Translations under genes and position numbers: made by a program
Shown here: piece after piece, positions 1-10,835 of the stretch
How positions within the stretch are numbered: position 1 is the stretch's first letter
How the letters are laid out: every line of letters starts with the position of its first letter
The notes under the pieces: model-generated
Database searches by the model: none
Seen by the model: only the letters and a program-made list of their open reading frames with translations
What the model was told of the DNA's origin: nothing
Origin: Gekko japonicus
Lineage: Eukaryota
DNA: 64,000 nt
Direction of reading: 5' to 3'
Assembly (NCBI RefSeq): GCF_001447785.1
Contig: NW_015168711.1
Coordinates: forward strand, 124,001-188,000

Positions 1-170
1 ACAGTGTTTTCAAGGCAAGAGACTTTAGTGGTGGTATGCCATTGTCTGCCTCAGCATCACAATCCTCATACTCCTTGGTAGTCTCCCTTCCAAATACTGA
101 CCAGGGCTGGCCCTTCTAAACTTCTAACATCTGATGAGATTGGGCTAGTATGGGCTATCCAGGTCAGGGC
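1..170 (-). mobile_element. 5S rRNA-derived SINE (5S-Sauria type), cut by the window edge
   Basis: Reverse complement reads GCCCAATCTCATCAGATG..GAAG..CCTGGTCAGTATTTGGAAGGGAGAC (degenerate 5S rRNA A/C boxes), followed by a BovB-like tail (CAATGGCATACCACC..TCTCTTGCCTTGAAAAC). Confidence 0.8.
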
Positions 171-1028
171 TGTGGTTGCCTAGCAACCTCCAAAATGACT
201 ACCAAGAGCTCTCGGACTTACATCAGCTTTGTAGTGAAATCCTCCCAGTTTATCCCTGGCTCCATTTTGCAGATCTCGTGATCATATCCTCTATGCTGTG
301 GTCCAAAACTAGATATAGCTATTGCCAAGTTATGAAAACAACCTAGCAAGCTCCAATCATTGCCTAGTAATCTTTCTCTCAGCTTTCATACATCTAGAGA
401 GTCAACTCTGCGAGCTGAACTGTCCTGTAGATTGTATCAGAATAAATAGCCTTAATCCTCATTCACTCGTGTAATTACAGGACTGTCCAGGTGAACCTGT
501 GAATTCAAAGCTGTATCTGGTGAAAAGGAATTCTTGCCCACTAACAACTACAGTTCACAAAAGCCACAATCTAGTTCCCAGACTGAACTGATCAATGCAG
601 CCATCTCTGTTTGCTCTCACACTGTCCATCTGAAGCAGTGGCCAAGAATACATGTGGTACATAAAATGTGTGCAGACGGATTTCTGAGCCAGGCAATATC
701 TGCTATCTTACACTGGAAGTTCGTTTGATCACTGCAGAGATGCCTTCAATTTTTGTTCTTGCTATATCACTTGAAAAAAATGCATGGTAGTCCTTGAGGT
801 CACATAGTGAACCTACAAGGTAACCCCTGACCTGCTTGCATTTTCACAACACACCTGTGGAATGTCATCTCACCTTCATTTCTCAAGAGATCTGGACAAG
901 CCAATCAAATCTCTCACTATAAACAGGAGAAGCAACAGCTGGTGGTACCACTATTTATTCTATCTAGCATTCAATTTTACTAGAGTGTCAGCTGCCACAC
1001 TGGCAATATGCCTACTTGAAAAGTAGTT

Positions 1029-1051
1029 TGTGTGTGTGTGTGTGTGTGTGT
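1029..1051. repeat. (GT)n microsatellite
   Basis: Directly visible tandem TG repeat. Confidence 0.95.
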
Positions 1052-2293
1052 ATACAGAGTGACTTTCCATAATCAATGAACAACTGTTAAGCTCATGTAC
1101 CCAAACACAAAAAGAAAACAATAGCATTAGTCTTATCACACCCTTAATTAATCTATCATGTTGACAATCACAGCTGTTCATTTAATACACATAATTCAGT
1201 GAAACATTTCTAATGTACATGTGCCTGTTCTCATGTGAATATATCAATATATGAAGTGATGATACTTCTGTTGCACTGTTCAGTGTTGCACCTGTATCAT
1301 GGATGGCAACAGAATAATACCATGCTTTTGCATTCTCGTGGCTTCCTGTATAGGAAATGTGCTTCTGGCCACATCTCTTGATGATGTGTAGATATTTTTC
1401 CTGGCTCAGGGAACCTGGAGGCCAGCTATCTTATCTGCCTAGGGATGCACAATCTTGTGCTTGCTGCCCTTCCTGATGTGTGTGGAGTTTCTGTTTGAAG
1501 AAACAGTGGGATCTTTGATGTTGCTGACCCTTTCTGAAACCAAATCAAGTGAGTGCTCTAAAAATATAAGTCATATTATAGTACAGTTATGCAACATTGA
1601 TTTTTTTTAAAAAAGGAGTCATACACTTTCATAGGAAACCTTACTGAAAGCAGGGAGAGTTCTCTGCATAGGCTACACAAGTGTCCACTTGGGCACAAAT
1701 GAAGCACTGCCTATAGAAGGCTGGGGTTTCCCGTTTCTTGCTGGGAACTACCTATCTGGCCACTTCTGAAGGATTCTTCTATGCTTATCCTCCAGCTCTC
1801 CCAAAGAAACCAGCTTTCCAACATCCCCTCTCATTCTTCCTCACTTTTTGCAATATATATTTATGACAGCCAAAGCTGAAGCCAACAGCATCACAAAAAA
1901 TATTTTTTCCATATTGTGCAATGCTCTTTAAACTGATGCCATGCAGATTACACTTCCCTTATAATTGTTGATCATATAAATTATGGATGCATGCAAAGAA
2001 ATTGGTATACATTTGTGAATGAATGTACTTATATTTCCTCCTGTGAACTTTCCTCCAAGAAACTCCAATGCTATATGCAAAGATGCATCTATTGTTGACT
2101 GCTTCCTTTACCAACACCCTAGAAGACTCAGTAAGCTACACAGGAGCTTCAACTGAAGATTCTAAGGGCAGGAATATCAGGAAAGGCATTCAGACAAGGA
2201 AAGGGGTTACTTCAAACTCTCACACAAAAGATTGGAACTTAAATGGACTCAGTGCAGTTCCACTTGTGCAAGATCTTGCACAGCACCTAGTGC

Positions 2294-2630
2294 AAGGGTT
2301 CCCAACCTCTCTGAGCCTGCAGTCACATGTGGAATGCTGGCACAGGGTAGTGGAGGCAACCGCAAAATGGCTGCCACAGCATATAGAGTCAACCAAAAAT
2401 TTCAAGAACTGAGGTTATGTGTAACTCCTGTAGTAACCCCTCCACATTTCAGGCAGAAATGTTTGTCTTTTAAAATTAACATATTGCTTTAAAATATTTT
2501 CTCGCATACACACAGCTTACCTTCAGTCATGCAGTGAAGATCCTTGTGTGGTGGCAGCTGTTGCCAAAACCTTTTTAAAAAATCTGTGCAGCCATTCAGA
2601 TATCCAATGACCAATCAGAACCCCTGCCAT
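2294..2630 (+). mobile_element. hAT (Charlie-like) non-autonomous DNA transposon fragment
   Basis: Begins CAAGGGTTCCCAACCT, a Charlie-type terminus. The internal block 2385-2520 resembles 50905-51060. Confidence 0.5.
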
Positions 2631-2645
2631 GGACTCTCATATCTG

Positions 2646-3043
2646 TGTCAGCTACGCTGCCATGGGGGTTGGGGAGCTCGGTCTGTGTCTGGTTAATTGC
2701 TACTGCATTCCTTTCTGTGCTTTTTCTGCTTTGCGCTGAAATGCTTATCTATACAGCTGTGCAGGAGGGAGTTGTATTGTCTGGGTTTTTCCTAGGTGCC
2801 GTGGGAGAGTGTTGGTTCTCAGCTTTAGCTACCTAACGGTCTCCAAGCTTTATCCTGCGTGCGGGAGGGTGCCTAATTGGCCAGTGCTGTGAGGGGGGTG
2901 CATACGAATTCCCTATATCCTATGATGCCCATGGGGCTGCCACCATTCTTAACAGTGCTTCTGTTACTGCATCTATAGCTCTGCAATAAAAGTATTACCG
3001 TTCTTGAATGCGCGTACTTCGTTGTTGGCTGTGGGTTCTAACA
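2646..3043 (+). mobile_element. Solo LTR (about 398 bp)
   Basis: TGTCAG...CTAACA termini, 5-bp TSD ATCTG (2641-2645 and 3044-3048), AATAAA at 2985-2990. Confidence 0.8.
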
Positions 3044-3178
3044 ATCTGCAAGACTGCCTCTCCTGCGTTTCACTATGAAAGCTTATCATCTGTTCAGGTC
3101 CTTTTGCTGGTGCCACTCTTGCAAATGGGAAAGATCAACAATTGTACCCATGCATTCTCTGTTCCAACCATTCTTTAG

Positions 3179-3302
3179 CATAAAAGAATGTGGTTCAGGT
3201 AGCTCTGAATCAGATTTATCTTTATCCGATATGTCACTAATAAGTAATGTTACAGAGAGTGACCGTGAAATTGTGGTCCCTCACTCACTTATATGGGAAA
3301 AG
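3179..3302 (+). CDS. Candidate internal coding exon of an unidentified plus-strand gene (..IKECGSGSSESDLSLSDMSLISNVTESDREIVVPHSLIWEK)
   Basis: Acceptor TTCTTTAG|C, open frame, weak donor AAG|GTTAAA. The phase-0 end matches the next candidate exon. Confidence 0.35.
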
Positions 3303-3720
3303 GTTAAATTATGTTGAAATAAATTAGTGAACAACCATATCCAAAGCATATCATGCACTTTGGTGTATTAAAATAATTTCTACATTTTTACCTATTCAAA
3401 TATTTGTGGCTTTCTGTCACTTTTGTGATATTGTCTTTGGGCCATAAATAGCTTTGGCACTAAAATAAAAACATAATTTTGAATAATTATTTTAAGAACT
3501 GCTTTTCATACAAATTAGAAAACATCCTGGTCTCATCTGATTTTGTAATTCAAAGACTAAATTTTGTTCTGCTTAACTATTTTATCCCCTATCTCTGGCT
3601 ACCCAAAACTAAGTGTGAATGTTAATGTTTTACAATCTCAGGGGAGTCACTGAGGTTGATTTTCGTCAATTAGAGCCTTACCGACTAAGCCTTTGCTTCT
3701 TTAAGCTGACAAGTTTGTGA

Positions 3721-3791
3721 TGGATTTCCTCTATTGAATAGGGGATTAGACTAGTTTTGGATTTCCTCTATTGAATAGGGGGTTAGACTAG
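3721..3791 (+). repeat. Tandem duplication (37-bp period) of a CR1 3'-end-like motif
   Basis: TGGATTTCCTCTATTGAATAGGGG(A/G)TTAGACTAG occurs twice. Confidence 0.75.
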
Positions 3792-4013
3792 AATTATACC
3801 ATATACCTTTAGTCCATTTAAGTCTTTCTGATTAAAGAGGGCTTACAGATTTTGGTTTGGTTTATAATTTCAGCCATTATTAATTTGCCATTGCAAATTC
3901 TTGCTACGCCAAGTCCTCTGTTCATGCTTATATGTGTTCACTATAGCTCTCTTGGCTTTGAAAAGAACAGAAACAACCATGTGTGTATTTTTCTGTTTCT
4001 GCACGCTCCAAAG

Positions 4014-4220
4014 CTTTGCAGCAAGCTGAGACCTCCCACCCACCCACCCACGCCAGAAGTCTTGGAAGATGGGAAAACACATCGATCTGTACTACTGCCT
4101 ATGCTTGCTTCAAAACGCAGTGCAATAGAAAGAGCTACCTCCTGCCCGTCCCTTTTCCTGTACAGAGGAGACCTCATGGTGTTGGATGTTTTTGATTTCT
4201 CCACAGAAACTTCACTGTGA
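4014..4220 (+). CDS. Candidate terminal coding exon (LCSKLRPPTHPPTPEVLEDG...RATSCPSLFLYRGDLMVLDVFDFSTETSL*)
   Basis: First AG after the pyrimidine tract TTTTTCTGTTTCTGCACGCTCCAAAG, phase 0, open to TGA. Ends in a class I PDZ-like motif (ETSL). Confidence 0.35.
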   Translation, partial: LCSKLRPPTHPPTPEVLEDGKTHRSVLLPMLASKRSAIERATSCPSLFLYRGDLMVLDVFDFSTETSL

Positions 4221-4969
4221 ATTCTCTGTGGTTCATTGCAGAACTTGGGGAAGGGGATCTGTATACTGGTGGACATGTTGCCATGACCAGGAGCCAGGGG
4301 AACTTGGCTCCTCATGAGTAGATTTACGGAGGCCTGTTGATAAATAGAAAGTTGATCTTTAAAAAGCAATTCATATTTTTCATACCATAGAAAACTGTAG
4401 GATAAAGTTATAGCAAGCAGGCTTATTTTTGCCAATTTCTGTGGAAAAACCCACATCTGCATTTTTAAGTTAGTCCTGTTAAAACCCACAATTTAGCATT
4501 TTTGCTGGGAAAGCATTAGAAAATTGCAATGTGCAAGTTTTGGACTCAAGCATAAGGTTAAGAATAATAGTTTAAATTTTCAACTGCTTATCTTCTGAAA
4601 AATGACTTTGAGAAGGGCTTTACATTGATAGAACCTTGATCAAGAATTTTGTTGGCGGTCTCTGTGCATGTGTTTTACTCACAAAAACCTATGTTGCTAC
4701 TGTATTTATTGTATAGAGCCTTTTTATACATGATGGGTTTACCTACACAGATGGAGCAGCAGGAAACATAGGTACTTGTCGATGTAGTGTCTAAAGATTC
4801 TTCAAATGGTACTTTGATGGGAAATCATGACTAGGAGTAGGATCCCAATATATGTCCATGATTGTACAAATATAATGGACTTGGTTCATGTGGAGGACTT
4901 GCAAAAGGATATGGGCATCTACTTCTTTTTACCTGGCTCAGATGTTTTCTTACAGTGACATGCACAGAC

Positions 4970-5159
4970 TAACAAAGTTTGAGTCCAGTGGCACCTTTAA
5001 GACCAACAAAATTTTATTCTGGGTATAAGCTTTCGTATGTACACATACTTCTTCAGATACGTGCACACGAAAGCTTATACCCAGAATATAGCTTTGTTGA
5101 TCTTAAAGGTGCTACTGCACTCCAACTCTTGTTTTGCTGCTTCAGACCAAGATGGCTAC
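4970..5159. mobile_element. Penelope-like element pLTR remnant with inverted arrangement
   Basis: GAGTCCAGTGGCACCTTTAAGACCAACAAA...GGGTATAAGCTTTCG is mirrored by CGAAAGCTTATACCCAG...TTGTTGATCTTAAAGGTGCTACTG. The sequence resumes after the LTR insertion (GCTACCCACCTGAAT, 5923 onward). Confidence 0.75.
5023..5060 (-). ncRNA. Minimal type I hammerhead ribozyme motif (PLE-associated), core intact
   Basis: Minus strand: GTAT-CTGAAGA-A-GTATG-TGTA-CATAC-GAAA-GC-T-T-ATAC. This gives CUGANGA and GAAA cores, a 5-bp stem II, stem I GTAT/ATAC and a palindromic AGCT stem III. Confidence 0.7.
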
Positions 5160-5922
5160 TGTAACGATTTCATGTTAATTTGTGTGTGTGTGTTTAAAAA
5201 TTTGGTTTACATTGCTGTGTGAAAGTCTAATGTGGTTGAAACAGGCAAGTGGTGTGATTGGTGAGTGACAGAGAGGGGGAGGGGTTTTGGAATGGATGCT
5301 GTGTGGATGATTTGAATGTCTATCAGGAGTGACTGTTAGAGTTGAGACAGTTAGGCAGACAGTTGAAAAAGTCAGTCAGCAGAGAGTGCTGTGTAAAAGC
5401 AGTTGATATGAGTTTGAGTTCTGATTTCTGTGAGAAGCAGAAGAGGAGTTAAGTTCTGTCTCTGTTGAAGGAGACTCATCCCTGTGTGTGAAAAGAGTGA
5501 CATTTAGTTCTGTGTTATAAGAGTTACAATTGAAAGATGAGAGTCTAGGAAAAAGTACAGTGAAAGGTGTTACAAAGTTGCCTATGAAAAATCCCTGTCA
5601 GTAGAGAGAAGCTTGTGAGAGACACTAAGCCATTGTTCAAATCATTCCCAGTACGGTTTACATTGTTTACCCTCGTGTTTATACTTTCGTTAAATAAATC
5701 CTATTTACTTCAAGTATACCAGCTCAGTAAAGAATCCTTCCTCAGACCACATAGACCTTCATGAAAGCTCAGACCCTCGGTATACCTACCCTGTGAGAAA
5801 TATTATAGAAAAAGGTTTGGAAAGCCTAAATTTTCCTGGTGGCAGCCAGATTACCCTACAGAGTAAAACTGAAAGAACATTTTAAAGTAAAACTAGACCT
5901 CCCCAAATAAGAGGTCGTCACA
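5160..5922 (+). mobile_element. Solo LTR (763 bp) inserted into the Penelope remnant
   Basis: TGTAACG...CGTCACA termini, 5-bp TSD GCTAC (5155-5159 and 5923-5927), AATAAA near 5693. Confidence 0.8.
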
Positions 5923-6444
5923 GCTACCCACCTGAATATGCATAGACTAAGTGGACCACTGTGATTGCATTTAAAACAAAAGCTGTAAAACTATTACTAT
6001 ATACATAAGTAAACACATTTCTGGCATAAAGAAAGTACACCAGCTGAGATTATTTCTACAACCATTCAACAGTATTTACTAGCATAAGGGCATCCCCACC
6101 ACATGTGAAAAAAATTGCATTTTTTCCCTATCCATATTTCTAGACCTTTTGCCAGTTTACCAGGAAATGAGAGCCATGGATGAAGATACATTGGAAAAGT
6201 ATTTGGAAAATAGGTAATTTTAGACAGATGGGTTAATCTGTTGATGATTTCCCCCAAAATGTTAACAAGTCTACAATGCAACTCTATTACTAAATAATTG
6301 TGAGGAGGGAGCTCTGTGTCAGCTTCCTGTAAGGAAAGTTGAATGAAGACTTTGCAGCTTGAGGCTGCTCAGCAGTATCTTGGTGTGAAGAAGGAAGGGG
6401 GTTAATCAGCCATACCCAGGATTGCTGCATCTTCTAGTTCCCCA

Positions 6445-6954
6445 AAAAAAGAGGGGGGGAAGCCAGTGTACAATGCAGGAAACAAAAAAGGACACCACTG
6501 GCAAAAAATATATAACACACAAGCAAGTAAGCAAGTATATAATGATCAGATAAGCATAACAGCAAGTATAATATAATTCAAATAAACATAACAAATATGA
6601 TATAAATCAATAGGCCAAAGTGCAATAATAAATCATAATAGAAACAAGTCACAGTCTTTCCATGTGTCTATTGCCAGCATGGAAGCAATATCAAAGTCCA
6701 AATTGGAGTGCAATATCCGGATTACGCGTCGGCTTTTTATCATATTTGTTATTCCGGATGAATTGCACTCCAATTTGGACTAAGAATCATTCGAAACGCG
6801 GCAACAGGCATCCGGATTACGCGTCGGCTTTTTATCATATTTGTTATGTTTATTTGAATTATATTATACTTGCTGTTATGCTTATCTGATCATTATATAC
6901 TTGCTTACTTGCTTGTGTGTTATATATTTTTTGCCAGTGGTGTCCTTTTTTGTT
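6445..6954. mobile_element. Penelope-like insertion with a 124-bp inverted repeat and a partial hammerhead
   Basis: Arms 6479-6602 and 6833-6956 are reverse complements. 15-bp TSD TCTTCTAGTTCCCCA (6430-6444 and 6955-6969). Internal GAA-TCA-TTC-GAAACGCG...CGCGTC motif. Confidence 0.7.
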
Positions 6955-8339
6955 TCTTCTAGTTCCCCAGCAAAAGGGGGACATATTTGTCTCCACCCTG
7001 CAGAGTCCTCAGATTTGGGAAGAGGGGACTGTAGTTCACCTGGATCCTCCTCCTCCCATCAGAATGCTCCTTCCTTCTCCCCTCTGCATGGTCAGTCACT
7101 TCACTGCCTGAGAAACAGCTAGAGCTAACTCCTCCTTGGCCATTTGATGGTTTAGACAGTCCCTCATAGCCTTTGCAAGCCCTGATGAAGGGAACAGCTT
7201 GCCTCATAGAAGCTCCATCTTGGGGAAGTTGCATCCAATTTGGCTCAATACCAGCCAGCCACACACCAAGGGTGTCATTCATTCTGTGGAGGGCGGAGCT
7301 GGCAAGGTCATGGGTGCCAGGACTGGCTAAGGCAGGAACAAGGAACAAGGAAATTACATCGGGAATTCTCAGTTACCGTGATAAATCAGGCTGTGGGCAG
7401 GGCGCAACATGGCACAACTTAATGCCAAAGTAAGTATTTTTAAAAACCCAGGTTCCATTGTAACTACACCCCTGCCAGAGCCACAGGTGGGTGCAGGTGC
7501 CCCACCCAATCCCAAACAATAATAGCTATTAAATAGTAGCTTCACCCAGCATAAAAAGTAATAGATTTTAATATTCTCCCTTTCTTATTTGACTGTTTTT
7601 AAAAAAACTTTATTTGCAAATATTGATAAACTATAATCAACTATTTTCCCCACAGTCTTGTATAAAATCATTATATTATTAACCATGAGTTGATCATATC
7701 TTGCACAATGCAATTTTCCCCACTCCTTGAAATTATTTATATAAAGTTTGAAATGAACCTTTCTAATAACTGGTGATAGAAGGAATATTGGCAGGATTAA
7801 TTTACTGCTAAATTTTTGCAATATCATAATCAGATTATCTATATAATATTCTTGTTCTGAACCTTTCCTAAAAAGAGGTCAGATTTAAGTTATTAGAATC
7901 TATATTGAAGAACATAGCTTCATTTTTTCTGCAGTGATTTTATACTAAGCCACTAAATTAGATTTTTAAAATTATTCTAATAATATAATTCTATTATTTA
8001 CATCAGTTAAATAAAGGGCAACATAATCTACATTAAGATTTATTTTATAGTGATTTGTGCATTCGTATTTCTTGGACCTGATTCATCTAACTAATCATAG
8101 ATGCAAATGGTTCTAAGCATAAGTCAAGTGACAGAACAGATACATACTGGATGCCTAAATAACAGATGAACCCATCCTACAGTGTTCTCAGCTAAAACTG
8201 AACCCCATTAACATTTCGAAGCACATGCCTTGTGAGATTCAAAGATCTGGGCACAATTCAAAGTGCTTTCCTCCATATAAACCTGAACAACCATTAAGAT
8301 TAGATTCAGAGGCCCTTTGTGACATAGCCTTCATAATTA

Positions 8340-9420
8340 GGACGATGAGCAGGGTATGTTCTTTCATTGTATTTCAATGAGAGATCCCCATGGAAGTTTG
8401 CTTTGCCCCAAGCTGCTCAGTTTTATGCATGAGGAAGAATACTTATATTTTTCCAGCATTTTTGTTGATTTGTCAGTGTTTTGCTTTGTGTGTTTACACC
8501 TGTCCTTTGGTGTAGTTGTTTCTTTTATGGCATTCCCTGTGTATTTGTTCCGTTTTCTCCTTTTCAGTATGGGAGTTAGATATGGATGTGTTTTGTTGCT
8601 GGTGAATATGTTAATAGATTTATTTGTAATCATACTGACTACTATTGATTAGTTAAAACTGTTTAAACCATTAAAGTTATGGTCCTCTGGAATATCAGTT
8701 ATAGTGTGTTTAATTAGAAAGTGGTCATTTGTTTACAAGGAACAGCTTGACCAAATCATGTTAGTGACATGATAGTATTTAGAGAGTTCTGGATGGATTT
8801 TGTGTTTTGGCTAAGAAATGGTCATGTTGAGGTTAGAGATGTTTTGTATGTAGACCTTCAAGCTTGTTCATTTGATGTTTTCCTTGAAGATAAGCCAGCA
8901 GACTTGCAGCTTCGTGGGATAAAGAAAACCACAGTATTTCAAATGTTTTAAATAATTTATTTATGCATAAAGAATTAACTATACCACCTCATTTAATGTA
9001 ATCAACTTTTCAATTTCTACATGGTGGTGACTTATTTTATGGAAATAATAGCAATTTTTCTTCGTATTGGGAAGAAATTCCCCTTAAAAGCAAAAGTGAG
9101 TAGGAAATTAAATTTTGAGTCTGTCTTGAGACTTGTGTAACTTGGCCCCTTATTGCCAGTAACAATGCTGACATTTTCCTGACTTTTGTTGCCCCAGACC
9201 AGAAACATCTCTTCCCTCCAATATTTTCTGCGCTTTCTACTTTGCTGAAGAATAGTTCTGTAGAATTCAAAGGTGTATAAGGTTGATTAGTACTAATTAA
9301 GGCAGTTTTTTAGTTGTTTGGATTTTTTTGCCCAGATGGCTAGATCTACTGCCAGTATGTCTGTAAGTTCCAGAGATTTAATAAATGTTGAACTTCCAGG
9401 CTCTGTATAGTTGTGTTTAA
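8340..9420 (-). mobile_element. Highly degenerate retroelement coding relic (possibly Penelope RT/GIY-YIG)
   Basis: Minus-strand translation YTGNAIKETTTPKDRCKH..DKS..LIEIQ loosely resembles the GIY-YIG C-terminal pattern. Many disruptions. Confidence 0.25.
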
Positions 9421-10734
9421 ATGTCATCTTATTTTCATAATATTTTATTTTACATTTTTAACCCTGCCTTTCTGCCATCATAAGGCTACCAAGGCAGCTA
9501 ACAAATTAAAACCCACGTAAAACAAAGCTAAAATAAATACAAAGCATAGAAACAGCAATTAGAACATTGGGGGGGAAGGAGGGAGGATCATTGAGGAATG
9601 CCAAACGAGACAAAAATGTCTTCACACACTGACAGAAGATGGCAAAAGAATATCAGAATGTTTATATCACACCTAACTTTTCACAGATCCATTGTGGCTA
9701 ACAAAACATCAATATATCTAATTCTCAATGTGACCCCATCTATGAATATTTAAATCCAGAGATTGAGGCCATGAACAGACCACACAGATTTTTCTACAAA
9801 CCCAAGAAAAGTCCCAGGTTTTAAAAAAATCTGAAATCTAAATGCGCACACACGTTGATCTCCAAAATAACAGAAGCAGCACCTGTAGCTCAGTGCTCTC
9901 TGTGGCCATTACTGGGCAACCACAACAGTACTGCCAGCGTTCAATATTGAAGTAGAGATACTGGAATTGGAGCCAATCCTGGAATGCCTCCAGAGTATCA
10001 TTCCCGTTTGGGGGTCCCTGTCAGTTGACAGGTCCCCCTCTCCTGATGTCCAACCTGGGATACATACTTGCCACCTCAGCAGTTGGCACCATTTGTCATG
10101 GTATCCTGCCCACCGTTGGCATTTCCATCAGCTCCAACACTTCAGCCTTTGGCCCTGATGATCTTGCATCCACCAATCCTGACACCGCACATGAGAGTGG
10201 TACTTGCTGTGTTTGTCAGCACCACAGCCATAGTGCTGTCAGCAGTTTAGCTGTGTTTTTCTTAGCCAGCTTCCCCATGATCTAGACATGACACTTCTGC
10301 ATTGCTTTCACATTCAGAATCCTGCCAGTAATTTGAATCTGGGTGATTCTGGTAAGGATTTGTGTATATTTGTGGATTCTGATTTGTCACCAGACAATTT
10401 GCACCTGATGCTCTGTCTCTGAAGATTTGTGATACTACTCAGAGCAAGTGATCCATATGGCATCCTCCTTAGGTTTGCAGTTAAAGCAGCAATCCCAGAA
10501 AATCAAGACTCCAGTTTTTTGACTAGTAGGTGGTATCACGGATGAGAGCAGGAAGGGGGTGACATTTGTGTTTGTATTTGTGGCAGCGCCATGGCTGAGG
10601 AAAGCCTCATCCTGACCAATAGGCATAGAGTTTTTCTGCATTCCCATTTCCTCACTTGTAAGTTCCTGTCTCTTTGGTAGCATTTTTTTCCTGTTCTGTA
10701 CATGTATTGCTTCCTCTAGTGGCTCCTCTATGCA

Positions 10735-10835
10735 GGGGCAGGCAATGGCAAACCAGCTTGGCAAACATCTCTTGCCTTGAAAACCCTGTGGGGTTGCCAT
10801 AAGTCAGTTGTGACTTTAGGGCACTTTCCACCACC
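10735..10835 (+). mobile_element. 3' tail of a 5S-Sauria-type SINE / BovB 3' end
   Basis: GGCAATGGCAAACCA..TCTCTTGCCTTGAAAACCCT..GGGTTGCCATAAGTCAG..CACC, the same tail as at 1-170 and 25325-25530. Confidence 0.7.

Noticed and set aside
60-170. 5S rRNA gene (also 25325-25410)
   Set aside because: Degenerate and fused to a BovB-type tail, so these are SINE heads.
219-2412. Additional exons (minus 219-330 MEPGINWEDFTTKL; plus 1443-1549; plus from 2123)
   Set aside because: Individual splice-like signals exist, but the phases and donors do not form a convincing chain and no protein was recognised.
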